Part shown: one piece after another, positions 1 to 12,448 of the stretch
Numbering within the stretch: position 1 is the stretch's first letter
Layout: every line of letters begins with the position of its first letter
Assembly (NCBI RefSeq): GCF_003918875.1
Contig: NW_025765148.1
Location: forward strand, 62,001 to 126,000
DNA: 64,000 nucleotides
Reading direction: 5' to 3'
Source: Haliotis rubra
Taxonomy: Eukaryota
Position numbers and translations under genes: made by a program
The notes under the pieces: model-generated
Database searches by the model: none
Seen by the model: only the letters and a program-made list of their open reading frames with translations
Told to the model about the DNA's origin: nothing

Positions 1-2
1 CC

Positions 3-107
3 GACTTCAGCGAAGACGAGAAAAAAAAGCTCATAGAACAAGGCCGACAACAAATCATTCAAGCCTTCCTGACCAAGAACAAAAACCTCGTAAAAGTTTC
101 ACGTTAA
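3..107 (+). CDS. 3' end of an ORF running off the window edge (DFSEDEKKKLIEQGRQQIIQAFLTKNKNLVKVSR*), probably mobile-element encoded; product uncertain
   Basis: Open frame from nt 3 to TAA at 105-107, followed by AATAAA-rich sequence and a candidate element terminus near 290. Weak resemblance to patatin C-terminal helices. Confidence 0.3.
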   Translation, partial: DFSEDEKKKLIEQGRQQIIQAFLTKNKNLVKVSR

Positions 108-504
108 ACTGCTTTGTAGATGTCATTATGACATAGCCTAAAAAAATAATCATAAAAATAAAATAAAATAAAAGTCGGCACATGGAAGGATGGCTCTCCA
201 TAGACAATCGCCATTTTTAAGGGGGGCTGGGGGGCTTAATTCCACAAATAAGCCTCTAAGCCGCATCTGATGCAGAACCCCCACTCTAGTACTACTCTAT
301 GTATCTATCTATATCATTCTTCAGGGAATATTTGTTTTTATGCATGGCAATTCTGTTCATGCTGATGTCAGAGGGTGTCATGAGCTGCAACAGCCTTGTC
401 ATTAGATATGTCATTTGATATCAGGTAAGTAGATTAAAAGATGACGTGTTTACAAGTTCAGTGCCAACAGACAGACCTACTCTATGCTATGAGGTTATGA
501 TATA

Positions 505-736
505 CAGGGATCACTCTGGGATCACTCTGGAGAAAATGGTCAATGGGGGGAAATCTCTTCCTTACTCTGAACAATGGGATTTTCAGAAGAAAGTATCGGA
601 TATTTCTATATTATTTACATATTGTAATGCAAGCATGCATAAGTAATGGGAATTTCTCCCCACGTTAAAATTTTAATGGGTATTTGTATTTCAATGGGTA
701 AAACTACCCATATCCCAGCCCATAGTGATATCCCTG
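505..736. mobile_element. MITE with CAGGG termini and 6-bp TSD
   Basis: Ends CAGGGATCACT / AGTGATATCCCTG; GATATA on both flanks (499-504, 737-742). Confidence 0.65.
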
Positions 737-1983
737 GATATAGATATGGGGTGTTAACCAGTCCGATTCACTTGGATCCACCACCAGCCCCATGTCTGAG
801 AACGATTACAAATGTACACATACATGCGGTTTTAAAAATATTCTACGTTCCGCGATTTTTATCACTTTAAACCTACAATAATCTAATTCTTCTGTAACAC
901 ACCTACTTTTGGCTCTACTACGCAACATTATTGCTACTTTCGTTATCACAGTCACCTACACTGCATGTATATTGCATTACCCACTGTCTTAGTCCTTCTC
1001 GAGATAAACCCGACATTTAATTGTGATATAATGAAGATTACAAACATGTCTAATTCCGTCGACACTTACTGATTGCTTTGATCTTTAGGAACTTCGTTGA
1101 CAAGCGCACCGTCCATACAACCTCCAATATATTGCTGGAAAAACCTGTGCTAAAAATAGCTGTGGGTTTGCTCCCTATGCGCGCGCCACCTTGCGACAAA
1201 GCGATGCGAGACGAGGCCCAGCTCACAGCGATGTCTTCCTGGTCGCAAACACTCCGGTAGTCTGTCTCACAGTCCCTGAACCACATTAATTTCCCTACTG
1301 CCAAGCCCTCTCTGCAGTCCTAAAGCCCTAAATAAAGCAAGTCTAGATTTCCTCAGGTTCTGAATCTCTGGTCTCCCTAGGGCTCCTTTTCAATATAAAT
1401 GGGCTTGTTTGTTACTATCAAAATTGGAAATTTCACAAGCACACGTAGTGTGTAAAGTGAAATTATAATTTCATTAGTAAACATAGTAGATGTGATATTG
1501 GTATCTTCATCATGATATCCGGAAGTAGGCCATATTTAAAGCTAGCGAAGTCTCGCTGTGCGAGATCTCGCGAGGCAAATTACCCATAAACCCTTCTTCA
1601 TAAGGGACGAAATTAGAAAAGAACACAGAGTAAAGGAAAAACATTTAATCAGATCATACAGATCTATTGAATTAGAACTTCAAACGGAAAAAACCCTAGA
1701 TGGGGTCAGTGGCCACAAGTCAACCAGTGGAGCGCCCTCCTCTTCCTGGCCAGCTCCGCTGTAGTCCAGACCCACAGCACTCAACTGCAAGTAAAGAGCA
1801 TAGCATTATCAGCTATGACTTGGTTGAATCACTCAGATCAATCCAAAACTGTAAAATATATAAATCCATTAAGATTGACATAAATTCAAAATGTTTCCTG
1901 GAATGAAGTTAAGTCTTAGCAATGCAATAACTCTGAGAAATGCCAAACAATCTAGGCAATTCAGGGTGGGAGACAGGGTAGGG

Positions 1984-2095
1984 AATATCACATCTACTAT
2001 GTTTACTAATGAAATTATAATTTCACTTTACACACTACGTGTGCTTGTGAAATTTCCAATTTCATGTCATAAACATAGTAGATGTGATATTGGTA
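1984..2095. repeat. DIRS internal complementary region (ICR)
   Basis: 1984-2062 is the reverse complement of 1421-1499; 2058-2095 is the reverse complement of 6462-6499; the halves join through the shared AATTT core. Confidence 0.92.
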
Positions 2096-2097
2096 GT

Positions 2098-3050
2098 TCA
2101 AAGCCCGGTAGTGTCAAGTATCTTTGACAAGCAGTTGCCACTGCTGATAGTATTTCTCAGATAAAAGGTTCTAAAAGTAGAGGCCTTGGTCCAGTTTCCC
2201 AACTTCAAAATGTCTGTGACAGAAGCACCTTTGGCAAATGCCTTTGAAGCACTAGCTCCTCTGACAGAATGAGCTTTGTAGTGTGAAGTGTCAATACCCG
2301 CCTCGCTCATAAGATTTGTCACCCATCTTGCAATACTTGGGGATGAAACGGTTTATGCGGTTTCACATAGCTCAAGAAGAAGGCCAGACCTACATTCATC
2401 TCTCCAAGGTTCTGTGCGTTCTAAGTACACTCTAAGGCATCGAACTACACAGAGTGCAGGGTCCTTCTCATAGGCACTGAAACTCAAGGGATGAGGTTTT
2501 GTTCCTGTCTTAGTCACCTTGGTTGGTTTAATCAGGGTAAATTCTACTTCAGTGCCCCTGTCTACCATGTGTCTGATATCCAGGAAGATAACTCTGAAGA
2601 CCTGCTAGCAGAGGTTAGCATCAGAAGCATTGTCAACTTCCCAGACAAGTTTTATCCGACAAATAGATATTATCTTTCAATTTTTCAAATATTGCAGCAC
2701 AAATCTACATCCCAGGCCACTGAGTATCTGGGCTGAGGAGGATTCTGATTAAAATCCCTGACATTAATTTCCTGACCAGTGGGTGCTTGACCCACATTAT
2801 AGCCCCTCGATAGTGGGGTGAAAAGCAGACAAAGCTGATCTAGCTGTATTTATGGTCCTGTACTGACTATTCTCGTGGTACAAGTGAGTGAGAGAAAGTC
2901 TAAGATAGACTCCACAGAGGCTGAAAAGGATCAAAACCCGTTGATTGCACCAGCCAGTCCACCTATTCCAGGAAGCATTGTAAGTTTTGTGTGCGGGTCG
3001 CCATTGGCAGGAGAGCAGCTGTGTAGTAAGCCTCTGAAATTCCTCTGAAG
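2098..3050 (-). pseudogene. DIRS tyrosine recombinase (frameshifted)
   Basis: YNASWNRWTGWC, YRTINTARSALS, ASRSSEL (catalytic R, about 2590-2610), HSVR..SASKA, LGNW...TFRTFY. Confidence 0.9.
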
Positions 3051-3106
3051 TCTTGATGCTACGCCTGAAACCTTCCATGCCGCTAACACCAGAGTGTTGT
3101 TTTCTA

Positions 3107-3964
3107 TCAGTGGATGGAGGAGGCAGGTTTTGCGGGGAGTTTAACAGATCCCTCATCTGTGGGAGGAGGATTGGCTTTGTGACCGCCATCTCCAAGAGGA
3201 GTGGATACCAGGACTGACCTTGCCACACTGGAGTTATTAAGACCAGCTCCGCTTTGTCCTTTCGGATCTTCCACAGACACCTGCCTATCAGTGAGAACGG
3301 GGGAAAGGCATAAGGAATCCCCTGGTTCCAATTCACTAGAAACGCATCTGTTGATTGTGCAAGGGGGTCTGGCCTCCAGCTGCAGAAAGGCTTCATTTGG
3401 AAAGTCAGTCTCGATGCAAAAAGGTCCATTGAGAAGGGACCCAGTATCTGGTTGCATTGAGCAAAGATGATTGGATTGAGCATCCAATCGCTTCGAGTCG
3501 TTGAAGTGGCGAAGAGACTCCCAGTCCGCATGAATGTTCTCTAACCCTGGCAGATAGACTGCTGTTAAGAACAGACGGTTCTGGAGACAGAAACCCCATA
3601 TCTGCTTTGTGATCTGCAACAGACTGACTGATTTTGTGCCCCCAAATCGGTTCACATAAGCCATGGCTGTCTGATTGTCCACTTGGACCAAAATAGATTG
3701 ATCTTTGATCCCCTTGCAAAAGGTCAAGAGTGCCAGATGAATTGCCTTCAGCTCTAGAACATTTATGTGCATACTCTGCTCTATCTCTGACCAGCGGCCT
3801 CCTGTTGATCTCTGGCCGTGTATTGCTCCCCATCCCTTTTTTGATGCATCTGTCTGGAGAATTACATCTGGATGAGCTGCCATAATTGGCTTCCCGTTGA
3901 AATTGGTGAGGTTGGTCATCCACCACTTCAGTTCCTCCAGACAAACCGAAGGCAGTGTAATCAT
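3107..3964 (-). pseudogene. DIRS RNase H plus DNA adenine methyltransferase-like (MT) domain
   Basis: LQTDASKKGWG...HINVLELKA...VDNQTA...N.HAD (RNase H). After a frameshift: MDLFASR...DAFLVNW...YAFPPF...PVWQGQSW (DIRS MT domain). Confidence 0.9.
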
Positions 3965-4960
3965 TGACTCGTAGCTCTGAGAGCGCTAAAAAGCTCCCTG
4001 CTCGAATGCATCTGCAGGTAACGACAATGCAGTTGAGCGGGTAAGATTGCTCTCATTGAAGCTGACAGTTTTCCTATCAAACTTGCCAGTTGTCGAATCC
4101 TTACCTGTTTCTTTCTCATCATGTGACGACAGGTTGCTACAATGTTCTCTACCTTCTCCTCTGGTAAGATCAGAGCACGATCCACCGTGTTTATCTGAAA
4201 CCCCAGGAAAGTGATCGACTGGGTTGGTGACAGAACTGATTTCTTCCAGTTTATGACAAAGCCTAGGGACTGGAGGAGAAAGATGAGGGTGTCCCTGTGT
4301 TGACTCAGCAGGGTCGGCGATTCCGCTATACACAAGATATCGTCCAGGTATATAATCAGCGGATGCCTGCTCGCCGTGCCAAACTTACCACTGGGCTAAG
4401 AAGTTTTGTGAATGCTCTTGGAGCTGGGGCAAGTCCAAATGGCATGCATCGGAACTGATACAGAACACCCTTCCAAGAGAAGCGGAGTAGCTTTTCATGT
4501 GGGTGCCATTGGGACGCTGAAGTAAGCATCCTTCAGATCCAGCTTGCAAAGGTAGTCCCCTTTGGCGGATCAAGTCCTTAGAAGATGTAGTCCTTCCAAC
4601 TTGGAAGTGTTTGTAAGGAATGTGAGCATTGAGGGCCTTGAGATTTATGATTGGCCTCTGCCCTCCATCCTTCTTGGGAACCATGAACATAGGACTTAGA
4701 AACTGATCCGAGTCCATCGAAGCAGACTGGGGAACAACCTCTATCACATGTTTGCAAAGCATTGATTGGATCTCCTGGCTCAAGGCTAACTGTCTTGTGA
4801 GCTTTAGTTTTGGTTGAAACACGCGATTCTGAATAGGTTTTGACAACAGAGGAATCTCGAAACCCGAAACTGTCTGAAGTATCCATGGATCTGAAGTGAT
4901 CTTTTGCCAGTTTTTTAAAAAGTGTACCAGACGACCCCCTATGAGGGATTCCTTGTAAAA
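3961..4960 (-). pseudogene. DIRS reverse transcriptase (frameshifted)
   Basis: GGRLVHFLKNW..IT.DPWIL, FMVPKKDGGQRPIINLKALN, IIYLDDI (about 4337-4357), GFVINWKKS...FLG. Confidence 0.9.
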
Positions 4961-5282
4961 CAGAAGATCCAGGTTTAGCTCTAAAATTGCTGGGATAACC
5001 TGTAGATGTAGCATTGAGGAAGGAGGAGCATTGTGGGAACAGACGTTGCTGACATTTGACCCACCTGATATAAGAGAGTCTGCGATTCCGACCGGACTGA
5101 CCGGCTCTTCCTCTGCCTCTGGAAGAGTTGCCTCTGAAACCTCTGTTGAAGGAGGGCTTGATGTGGAATGTGCCCCCAGTAGATTGTCTTCCTCCTGAGG
5201 GCATTCTCTGAAAGGGCTGTCTATCAGGTGACTGGGCCCTTGGTGTCTGAAAGTAGGTCTGCGAGCTGAACGTCTCTCAGCA

Positions 5283-5837
5283 TCAAATATCAATTTGGCT
5301 TTGGTCTTTACGTTTTACCTCCTTCAGCATGACGTCATAAAAGGCATCTCCGAAGAGTTCGCCCTTAGCCTCTGACAAGGCTGTGTCATGCTTGAGAATG
5401 AGACGTTTAGCCTTCTTGACATCCTTAGAAAGTTTAGCCAGAATGTTTAGCCTTCTGTTGTAATTCATGGAGACATTAGCCTGACCGATAAGACAGGTGG
5501 TTTTCTACCAATTCCAACAGCTCAAAGATGTCTAAATCGGCGGGGATTCACCTCTGCGGATCTTATCAAGGTTATGCCACAGGTGACATAGAGGCCCCAT
5601 GGAATTCAGAATCCGCTTTTGAATAAATTGAAGGGATTGGTCAAACTTTTTCTCGAGCGACTTTCCCTTAGCCTCAAAGAGGTCGTCCAGATATGGATCC
5701 AGAGAAGGTGTCTGAAGACATTCCTCTGAAGGGACAGGGAGATCCTCTAGAATATTTTCTTCTAGTTTGGAATCCTGGCAGAAGACAGAGAAATTTCTCT
5801 GAGTCTGTCGAGAGAGAGAGTATGCGGGAGACACCAT
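5283..5837 (-). pseudogene. DIRS gag-like ORF1 fragments
   Basis: Position upstream of RT; TPSLDP...IQKRILNSMGPL and YNRRLNIL...LFG fragments resemble DIRS ORF1. Confidence 0.7.
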
Positions 5838-8459
5838 TCTGATGGGTCTTTGGCATCAGCTAACGAGAAGGGGACGAATCATCGAAAGTCTCTATTGTTC
5901 CTGTTTTATTGATTACCGGTTTTGACGAACGATCCCTTTATCCCCACGTTGATTAAGTAGCAGACTCAACGTAAAGATTCGTCCGAGCCGAGCTTACATC
6001 GCCGAGGGGAAGATTCTGATCCTGAATCTGACTCAAAGTCAGAAGCAGAAGCCACCCGTGCGCAAATTCGAGAGCACGTTTGTGCTGATTAGAGTGGCTA
6101 TCCAACCCCAAGTCTCGCTTTGTTGCCCGACCCGATGGTTGGGGTTGATGGGACTTGCCCAAACCATCCACGTGGTTTTCGACATATCATCGGTTGCAGA
6201 TGTATGTAAGCCTCACGGGCACATTTTTCTGCTTAGGTATACCATCTAGGTCCTGTATGGACCCTTTGATGGAAGAATAGTTATTCATACCAATCTATGC
6301 AAGTGAAAACGATCAAAACTTACGGAATGGCCGGCTCACGTGTCTATCTACATTGAGGCCATGATGAAGAAGGGTTTATGGGTAATTTGCCTCGCGAGAT
6401 CTCGCACAGCGAGACTTCGCTAGCTTTAAATATGGCCTACTTCCGGATATCATGATGAAGATACCAATATCACATCTACTATGTTTATGACATGAAATTA
6501 GATATATTCAGAGACTAAGCCTTAGTCTAACACTCTGGGTCAGGCGAACCAGCGAAGGATTGGGGATATTTATATAGGGCTGCCGTGGTCGGAGCGTGTG
6601 TGGATGCGCACCACTAAAACGTTGAACTCAGTCTCATTGCATTTTTTTCTGTTTTCCTGAGATGTTCATGATCTACATTTATTGTGCAGACAATACCTTT
6701 CTATCTCGTCTCTACCGGGATGTGTAAAAAATAAAACGGTGATGACGCTGATAATTCTACACTTAAGCCCATTCTATTTTTAAGGTCACAACAGACGCGT
6801 TGGAATGTAACGGTGGTATGACTTTGTTCATCTATATTTTCATTATTGTTCACTGTGTGTATGGCCTAAAAGTCGGGCCGGGCCGGGCCAAGGCGGGCCA
6901 AATGTATTATTGGCTAATAAACCCATTAACGAAAACCATGCCTACAACTAATCAGTGCAACATACACTCATGATAATAATGATCAATCGGAAGCAACAAA
7001 CGCGTACCATAATAACTTTATTACGAGTAAATCGGCTAAATTCCAGGAAGACGAGAAGCCTGTGAACTGGCTGACCCAGGTTACGTCTAAAAGTGGAATC
7101 GTTAAACGAAACGGGATTTAATACGTATAAATACGTATCCCGATACACATTTCCTTTGGCCCGAAAATGTTTTTACATCTATATCAAATCACATACCACC
7201 CCATAAATTCACTATTCATCGTATTAAAGCATGCCCACATTGAAATGATACGATCTCTTCCCCACACTCTCAACATTAACTCGGCCACAATTTTCCGCCC
7301 GGCTTGGCTCGAGCCATCAAAAGCAACACGTACGTATCTTGTGTTAAATTCCATAGACTGGTATTATATCTTCCTAAATATCTCTTTGTAATGATATAAA
7401 ATGCAACATATAAAGAAAACTGCTCCGTTAACGTGAAGCCCTTGTCTCTCATTTTTCAACATAACCTCAATCAAAAGTGTTTAGTCTCTGTTCAGCCCGA
7501 CTTGGTCCGGGCTGTCAAAAACAACCTAGACCTCACAGATGTATCTTGAAATGTGTTGAAATCCATAGATTGGTATTGTATCTACCTAAATATCACCTTG
7601 TAATGTTATCAAATGCAACATGTAAAGATAACTGGTTCGTTAAAGTTAGCCCTTTTCTCTCTCCATTCTCAACATAGCCTCAATTTAGTCTCTGTTCAGC
7701 CCGACTTAGCCCGTGCTGTCAAAAACACCTTAAACCTCACACATGTATCCTGATTTCTGTCTATATTTCTAGAATAGAGTTATATCTACCTAAGTACGTC
7801 TTTATAGAGTCTCAAAGCGTTGTATTTGAAGCAAACACCTTGCTCAAAGTGAGGCCCTATTTTCTATACATTCTCAACAAAGACACAGTATCACAAGCGT
7901 TCGGTACGCCTTGGCCCGGGCTCTCAAAAACAACTTAAACCCCATGCATGTATTCTGATTTGTGTTTAAATCCATAGATTAGTATTATATCTACCTACAT
8001 ATCACTTCACAGTGTCTCAAAGCGTAGTATTTAAAGCAAACACCTTGCTCAAAGTGAAGCCCTATTTTCTATACATTCTCAACAAAGACACAGTATCACA
8101 AGCTTTCGGCCCGGCTTGGCCCGGGCTCTCAAACGCACCTTATACCTCACATATGTATCTTGAAATGTGTTTAAATCCATAGATTGGTATTATATCTACC
8201 TAAATATCACTTTGTAATGTTATCAAATGCAACATGTAAAGATAACTTGCTCGTTAAAGTTAGCCCTTTTCTCTCTCCATTCTCAACATAGCCTCAATCA
8301 AAAGTGTTTAGTCTCTGTTCAGCCCGACTTGGCCCATGCTGTCAAAAACAACTTAAACCTCACACATGTATCTTGAATTGTGTTTATATCCATAGATTAG
8401 TGCTATATCTACCTACATAATACGTCACAGAGTCTCGAAGCGTATCTATCACACAAGAT

Positions 8460-8809
8460 TATCTATCACAAGACAACAGAGAAGCTTGATGGCATCGCTG
8501 CGCTGTGGAAGCCTACCTCTAAACCTAGAAAAAGGACGGTATACCAAGCCTGTCACCCGAATCCATGAGACATTATGCACAATAAGTGCTACAAATTCCG
8601 TTGAAGATGAGGTACATTTTGTGATATTATGTGCCCATTATGAAGATATCCGTGAAAAACTGTTTTATAAGTGTATGCAGATTTATGATAATTTTCTTAA
8701 TCTTCCACCACAAGAAAAATTCTGCTGGCTGATGGAAACAAACCATATCCAATATGACTTTTGTAAATCTCTGCAATTCATGTATTATAGGAGGTTATTG
8801 CAAGACTAG
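8460..8809 (+). mobile_element. 3' fragment of a CR1/L2-group LINE ORF2
   Basis: LRCGSLPLNLEKGRY...LCTI...VEDEVHFVILCAHYEDIR matches the C-terminal zinc-knuckle region of CR1/L2-type ORF2. Confidence 0.8.
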
Positions 8810-9068
8810 CTTTGGTCTATATACCACTATAATCTATGGAACTAGCATGTGAATGAATGAATTGTGAATGAGTGATTCTTTTATGTATATTTGAATGTAT
8901 TTTATTCCTTCTGTGATTTGTTGTATATTACCAACTGTCTCTTAAACAGGTGGTAAATACTGTACGAGAGATGAGAAAGTTGATATTAATAATATAGCTC
9001 CCTTTTAATAGTTGTGAGAGATCATGAAGTGTGAATGGATGTGATTGATGTATATATATACATATATA

Positions 9069-9136
9069 TAATACATTTTGGCATACATTTATACAAATAC
9101 AGGGTCAGTTCTGGCCTAAATGAAACCAGAAAAATA

Positions 9137-9167
<31 letters not shown>

Positions 9168-9347
9168 TTCTGGTTTCATTTAGGCCAGAACTGACCCTGT
9201 ATTTGTATATATATATATTATATATATATATGAATATTTTATATAATACTTTTTATTAAATTTTACTGAAAAATATATGTATTTATCTGGTGTCATTTAG
9301 GCCAGAACTTGCCCGGTGTTTGTATAAATGTATGCCAAAATGTATTA
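9069..9347. repeat. Palindromic MITE-like element around (TA)n, with one arm duplicated
   Basis: Arm 9069-9136 is inverted at 9165-9210 and again at 9287-9347; (TA)n spacer. Confidence 0.7.
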
Positions 9348-12300
9348 CTACATGTAACATATGACACTGTAATGAACTATTATTATTATTTCTAACTAAA
9401 TACCTCTTTATTGAGGCTCAAAGCTTTGTACATGTATTTGAATCTAACACGTTGCTTAAAGTGAAGCCCAGTGTTCAATCTGGCTCTGTGCGGGCTAATG
9501 AATTAATACACCTGTTAAGTACACCTGTATCCAGCTTGCTTAATTGCCTCTTGTCTAGTTGCGATCAGCTAGGTGTTGTGATTCAATTAACATACTCCAT
9601 TGTTGCCCTTAATTGCCATTCAGGGGCCTTCAGTGTTATTGATTGTACATGTTCCAGAGCATAAACATTAAAGAATACTAATACCGATACAGATGGCAGG
9701 CTGAAGCTATTGTGATATGATTTACACATATAATTAACTTTATAAATATCAGACGATATTACACCTAATTATATGACAGGAAATGCTTGAAAGAGGTGGG
9801 TTTTTTCAGTGGTTAAGAATACAGGATGTTCTCCGTACAGTTTCCACAGTATAAACATCAATTCACACTAGTACAGATATAGATAGCCGGCTGAAGCTAT
9901 TCTTGACCATATTTGAACATATCAGTTATTTAATAAATATCAGAAGGTATCAGCTAAAATGACTTGCCGTATGAGATCTTATGGTTAGATAATTTGAACA
10001 TACGAAAGTATGAAAACACATCGACGGCAATGAAACTGTGTTGCCCAGCTCAGGCTCGGGAGAACATTGTTTTCACTGTTGGAGCTTTGCCAAAGGTTAC
10101 TCGGAGATGCCGTTTCCGGATGTTGTAAACTTCAAGCGTTTCGGATAATCCTGTTTTCCTGAACACGCATACAGACAATAGACGTATTAGAGAGAGAAGT
10201 ATGTTTTCATTAAATCCACAGTGTCTCGCCTAACTTTCTCCAAATGCATCCATTTAAAACTGGCCGAGCTGGGCAGTAACAGCCTATTTTCAAATCATCT
10301 GATCTTTACATGTTGAATTTGATAACATTACAAAGTAATATTTAGGTAGATATAATACCAGTCTATGGATTTAAACACATTTCAAGATACATCTGTGAGG
10401 TATAAGGTGCGTTTGAGCGCCCTGGCCAAGCCGGGCCGAAAGCTTGTGATACTGTGTCTTTGTTGAGAATGTATAGAAAATAGGGCTTCACTTTGAGCAA
10501 GGTGCTTGCTTCAAATACTACGCTTTGAGACTCTGTGAAGTGATATGTAGGTAGATATAACACTAATCTATGGATATAAACACATTTCAAGATACATGTG
10601 TGAAGTTTAAGGTGTTTTTGACAGCACGGACCAAGTCGGGCTGAACAGAGACTAAACACTTTTGATTGAGGCTATGTTGTGAATGGAGAGGGGAGGGCTT
10701 CACTTTAACGGAGCAGTTATCTTTTCATGTTGCATTTGATAACATTACAAAGTGATATTTAGGTAGATATAATACCAGTCTATGGATTTAAACACATTTC
10801 AAGATACATCTGTGAGGTATAAGGTGCGTTTGAGAGCCCGGGCCAAGCCGGACCGAAAGCTTGTGATACTGTGTCTCTGTTGAGAATGTATAGAAAATTG
10901 GGCTTCACTTTGAGCAACGTTTTCGCTTCAAATACTACGCTTTGGGACTCTGTGAAGTGATATGCAGGTAGATATAATACTAATCTATGGATATAAATTC
11001 ATTTCAAGATACATGTGTGAGGTTTAAGGTGCTTTTGACAGCACGGGCCAAGTCGGGCTGAAGAGAGACAAAACACTTTTGATTGAGGCTATGTTGAGAA
11101 TGGAGAGAGAAAAGGGCTAACTTTAACGAACCAGTTATCTTTACAAGTTGTATTTGATAACATTACAACATTACATATTTAGGTAGATATAATACCAATC
11201 TACGGATTTAAACACGTTTCAAGATACATCTGTGAGGTATAAGGTGCGTTTGAGAGCCCGGGCCAAGCCGGACCGAAAGCTTGTGATACTGTGTCTTGAG
11301 AATGTATAGAAAATAGGGCTTCACTTTGAACAAGGTGTTTGCTTCAAATACTACGCTTTGAGACTCTGTGAAGTGATATGTAGATAGATATAATATTAAT
11401 CTATGGATTTAAACACATTTTAAGATACATCTGTGACGTTTAAGTTGCTTTTGACAGCACGGGCCAAGCCGGGCTGAACAGAGACTAAACAATTTCTATT
11501 GCGGATTTTGTTTTCCGAGGACTTTATTTTCGTAAATCGTTGGGAATGGAGAGAGAAAAGTGTTTCACTTTTACTTTACTTTATGCCGTGGTATTTAGGT
11601 AGATATAATACCATTTTGTGTTTCATGTGTATTCGTAAATAGAAGCATATGCATACGCGCTGTCTATCTGATTTGGGCTGGTATAAGAATTTTTGTGTTT
11701 GTGAATGCATATTTTGTTGGATCCTTTATAACAAAATCCAAAATTTGTGATTTCAAATATTTCTTTTGATATACGTAATCATGTCATTGACACTCGCTGA
11801 TATCCACGTCTCTTTAACATAAACATCCTGTGCTGATTCAGCCTGAGACAATAAAGGTTAATTAGGGAACCCCAATATCTTAATTAAGGAAAGAAAAGCA
11901 GTCAAAACACTGTCACATCCTGCCCAGGACCCCCGGATGTCACACGGTAAGAGAAGTAAGCAACCTTCCCTCATAGACATATCAAGGAAAACACATAACA
12001 ACAAGACGGTGTCTTTACTACGGGAATCTCAGTATGTAGTCATTGTTGTTGTGTGGGTTTTTTTACCATTAACTATACATTTTCAATCAAACTATGCATT
12101 TGTGAAGGCAGGAAGTGTATCGACCCAAATGTGCAGGTTTCGTTTTAATATTCTGCAATCCATTTTTAGTATTACCCAGTGGCCCGGCCCGGCCCGACTT
12201 TTCCTGGCCCGACTTTTAGGCCATCACTGTGTTGTATGAGAACAACAGAGTTAAACTTTTGGAAACGGGACTTTTTCTTGTGACGGACTATTTAAAAGTA

Positions 12301-12448
12301 CATGAACTTGTAACCTCACCTCATGGAAAGTGTTTCTGCCACATGTTCTGGAGTGTTTCTTTTCTAAAATATATATATTATATCATTTGTGATTCGTGGA
12401 GCCAAAGGTTCGATTTTGTTTATTAACGCACAGTGTGAATATGTACAA

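Larger units (their letters stand above)
1421..6499 (-). mobile_element. DIRS1-type tyrosine-recombinase retrotransposon (copy 1): complete cis-structure, frameshifted ORFs
   Basis: Identical 124-bp inverted terminal repeats (1478-1601, 6364-6487); internal complementary region 1984-2095; AAATT core at both ends; gag, RT (IIYLDDI), RNase H, MTase-like and YR coding fragments in canonical order. Confidence 0.95.
6861..12224. mobile_element. Foldback-like non-autonomous DNA transposon with mirrored internal tandem arrays
   Basis: TIR ATGGCCTAAAAGTCGGGCC (6861) and its reverse complement (12206-12224); flanks CACTGTGTGT / CACTGTGTTGT; about 418-bp dimeric repeats on + at about 7180-9470 and on - at about 10300-11620. 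Confidence 0.75.

Noticed and set aside
3107-3531. Horizontal transfer of a bacterial methyltransferase or integrase
   Set aside because: MT and YR domains are standard parts of DIRS1 elements and lie within the ITRs.
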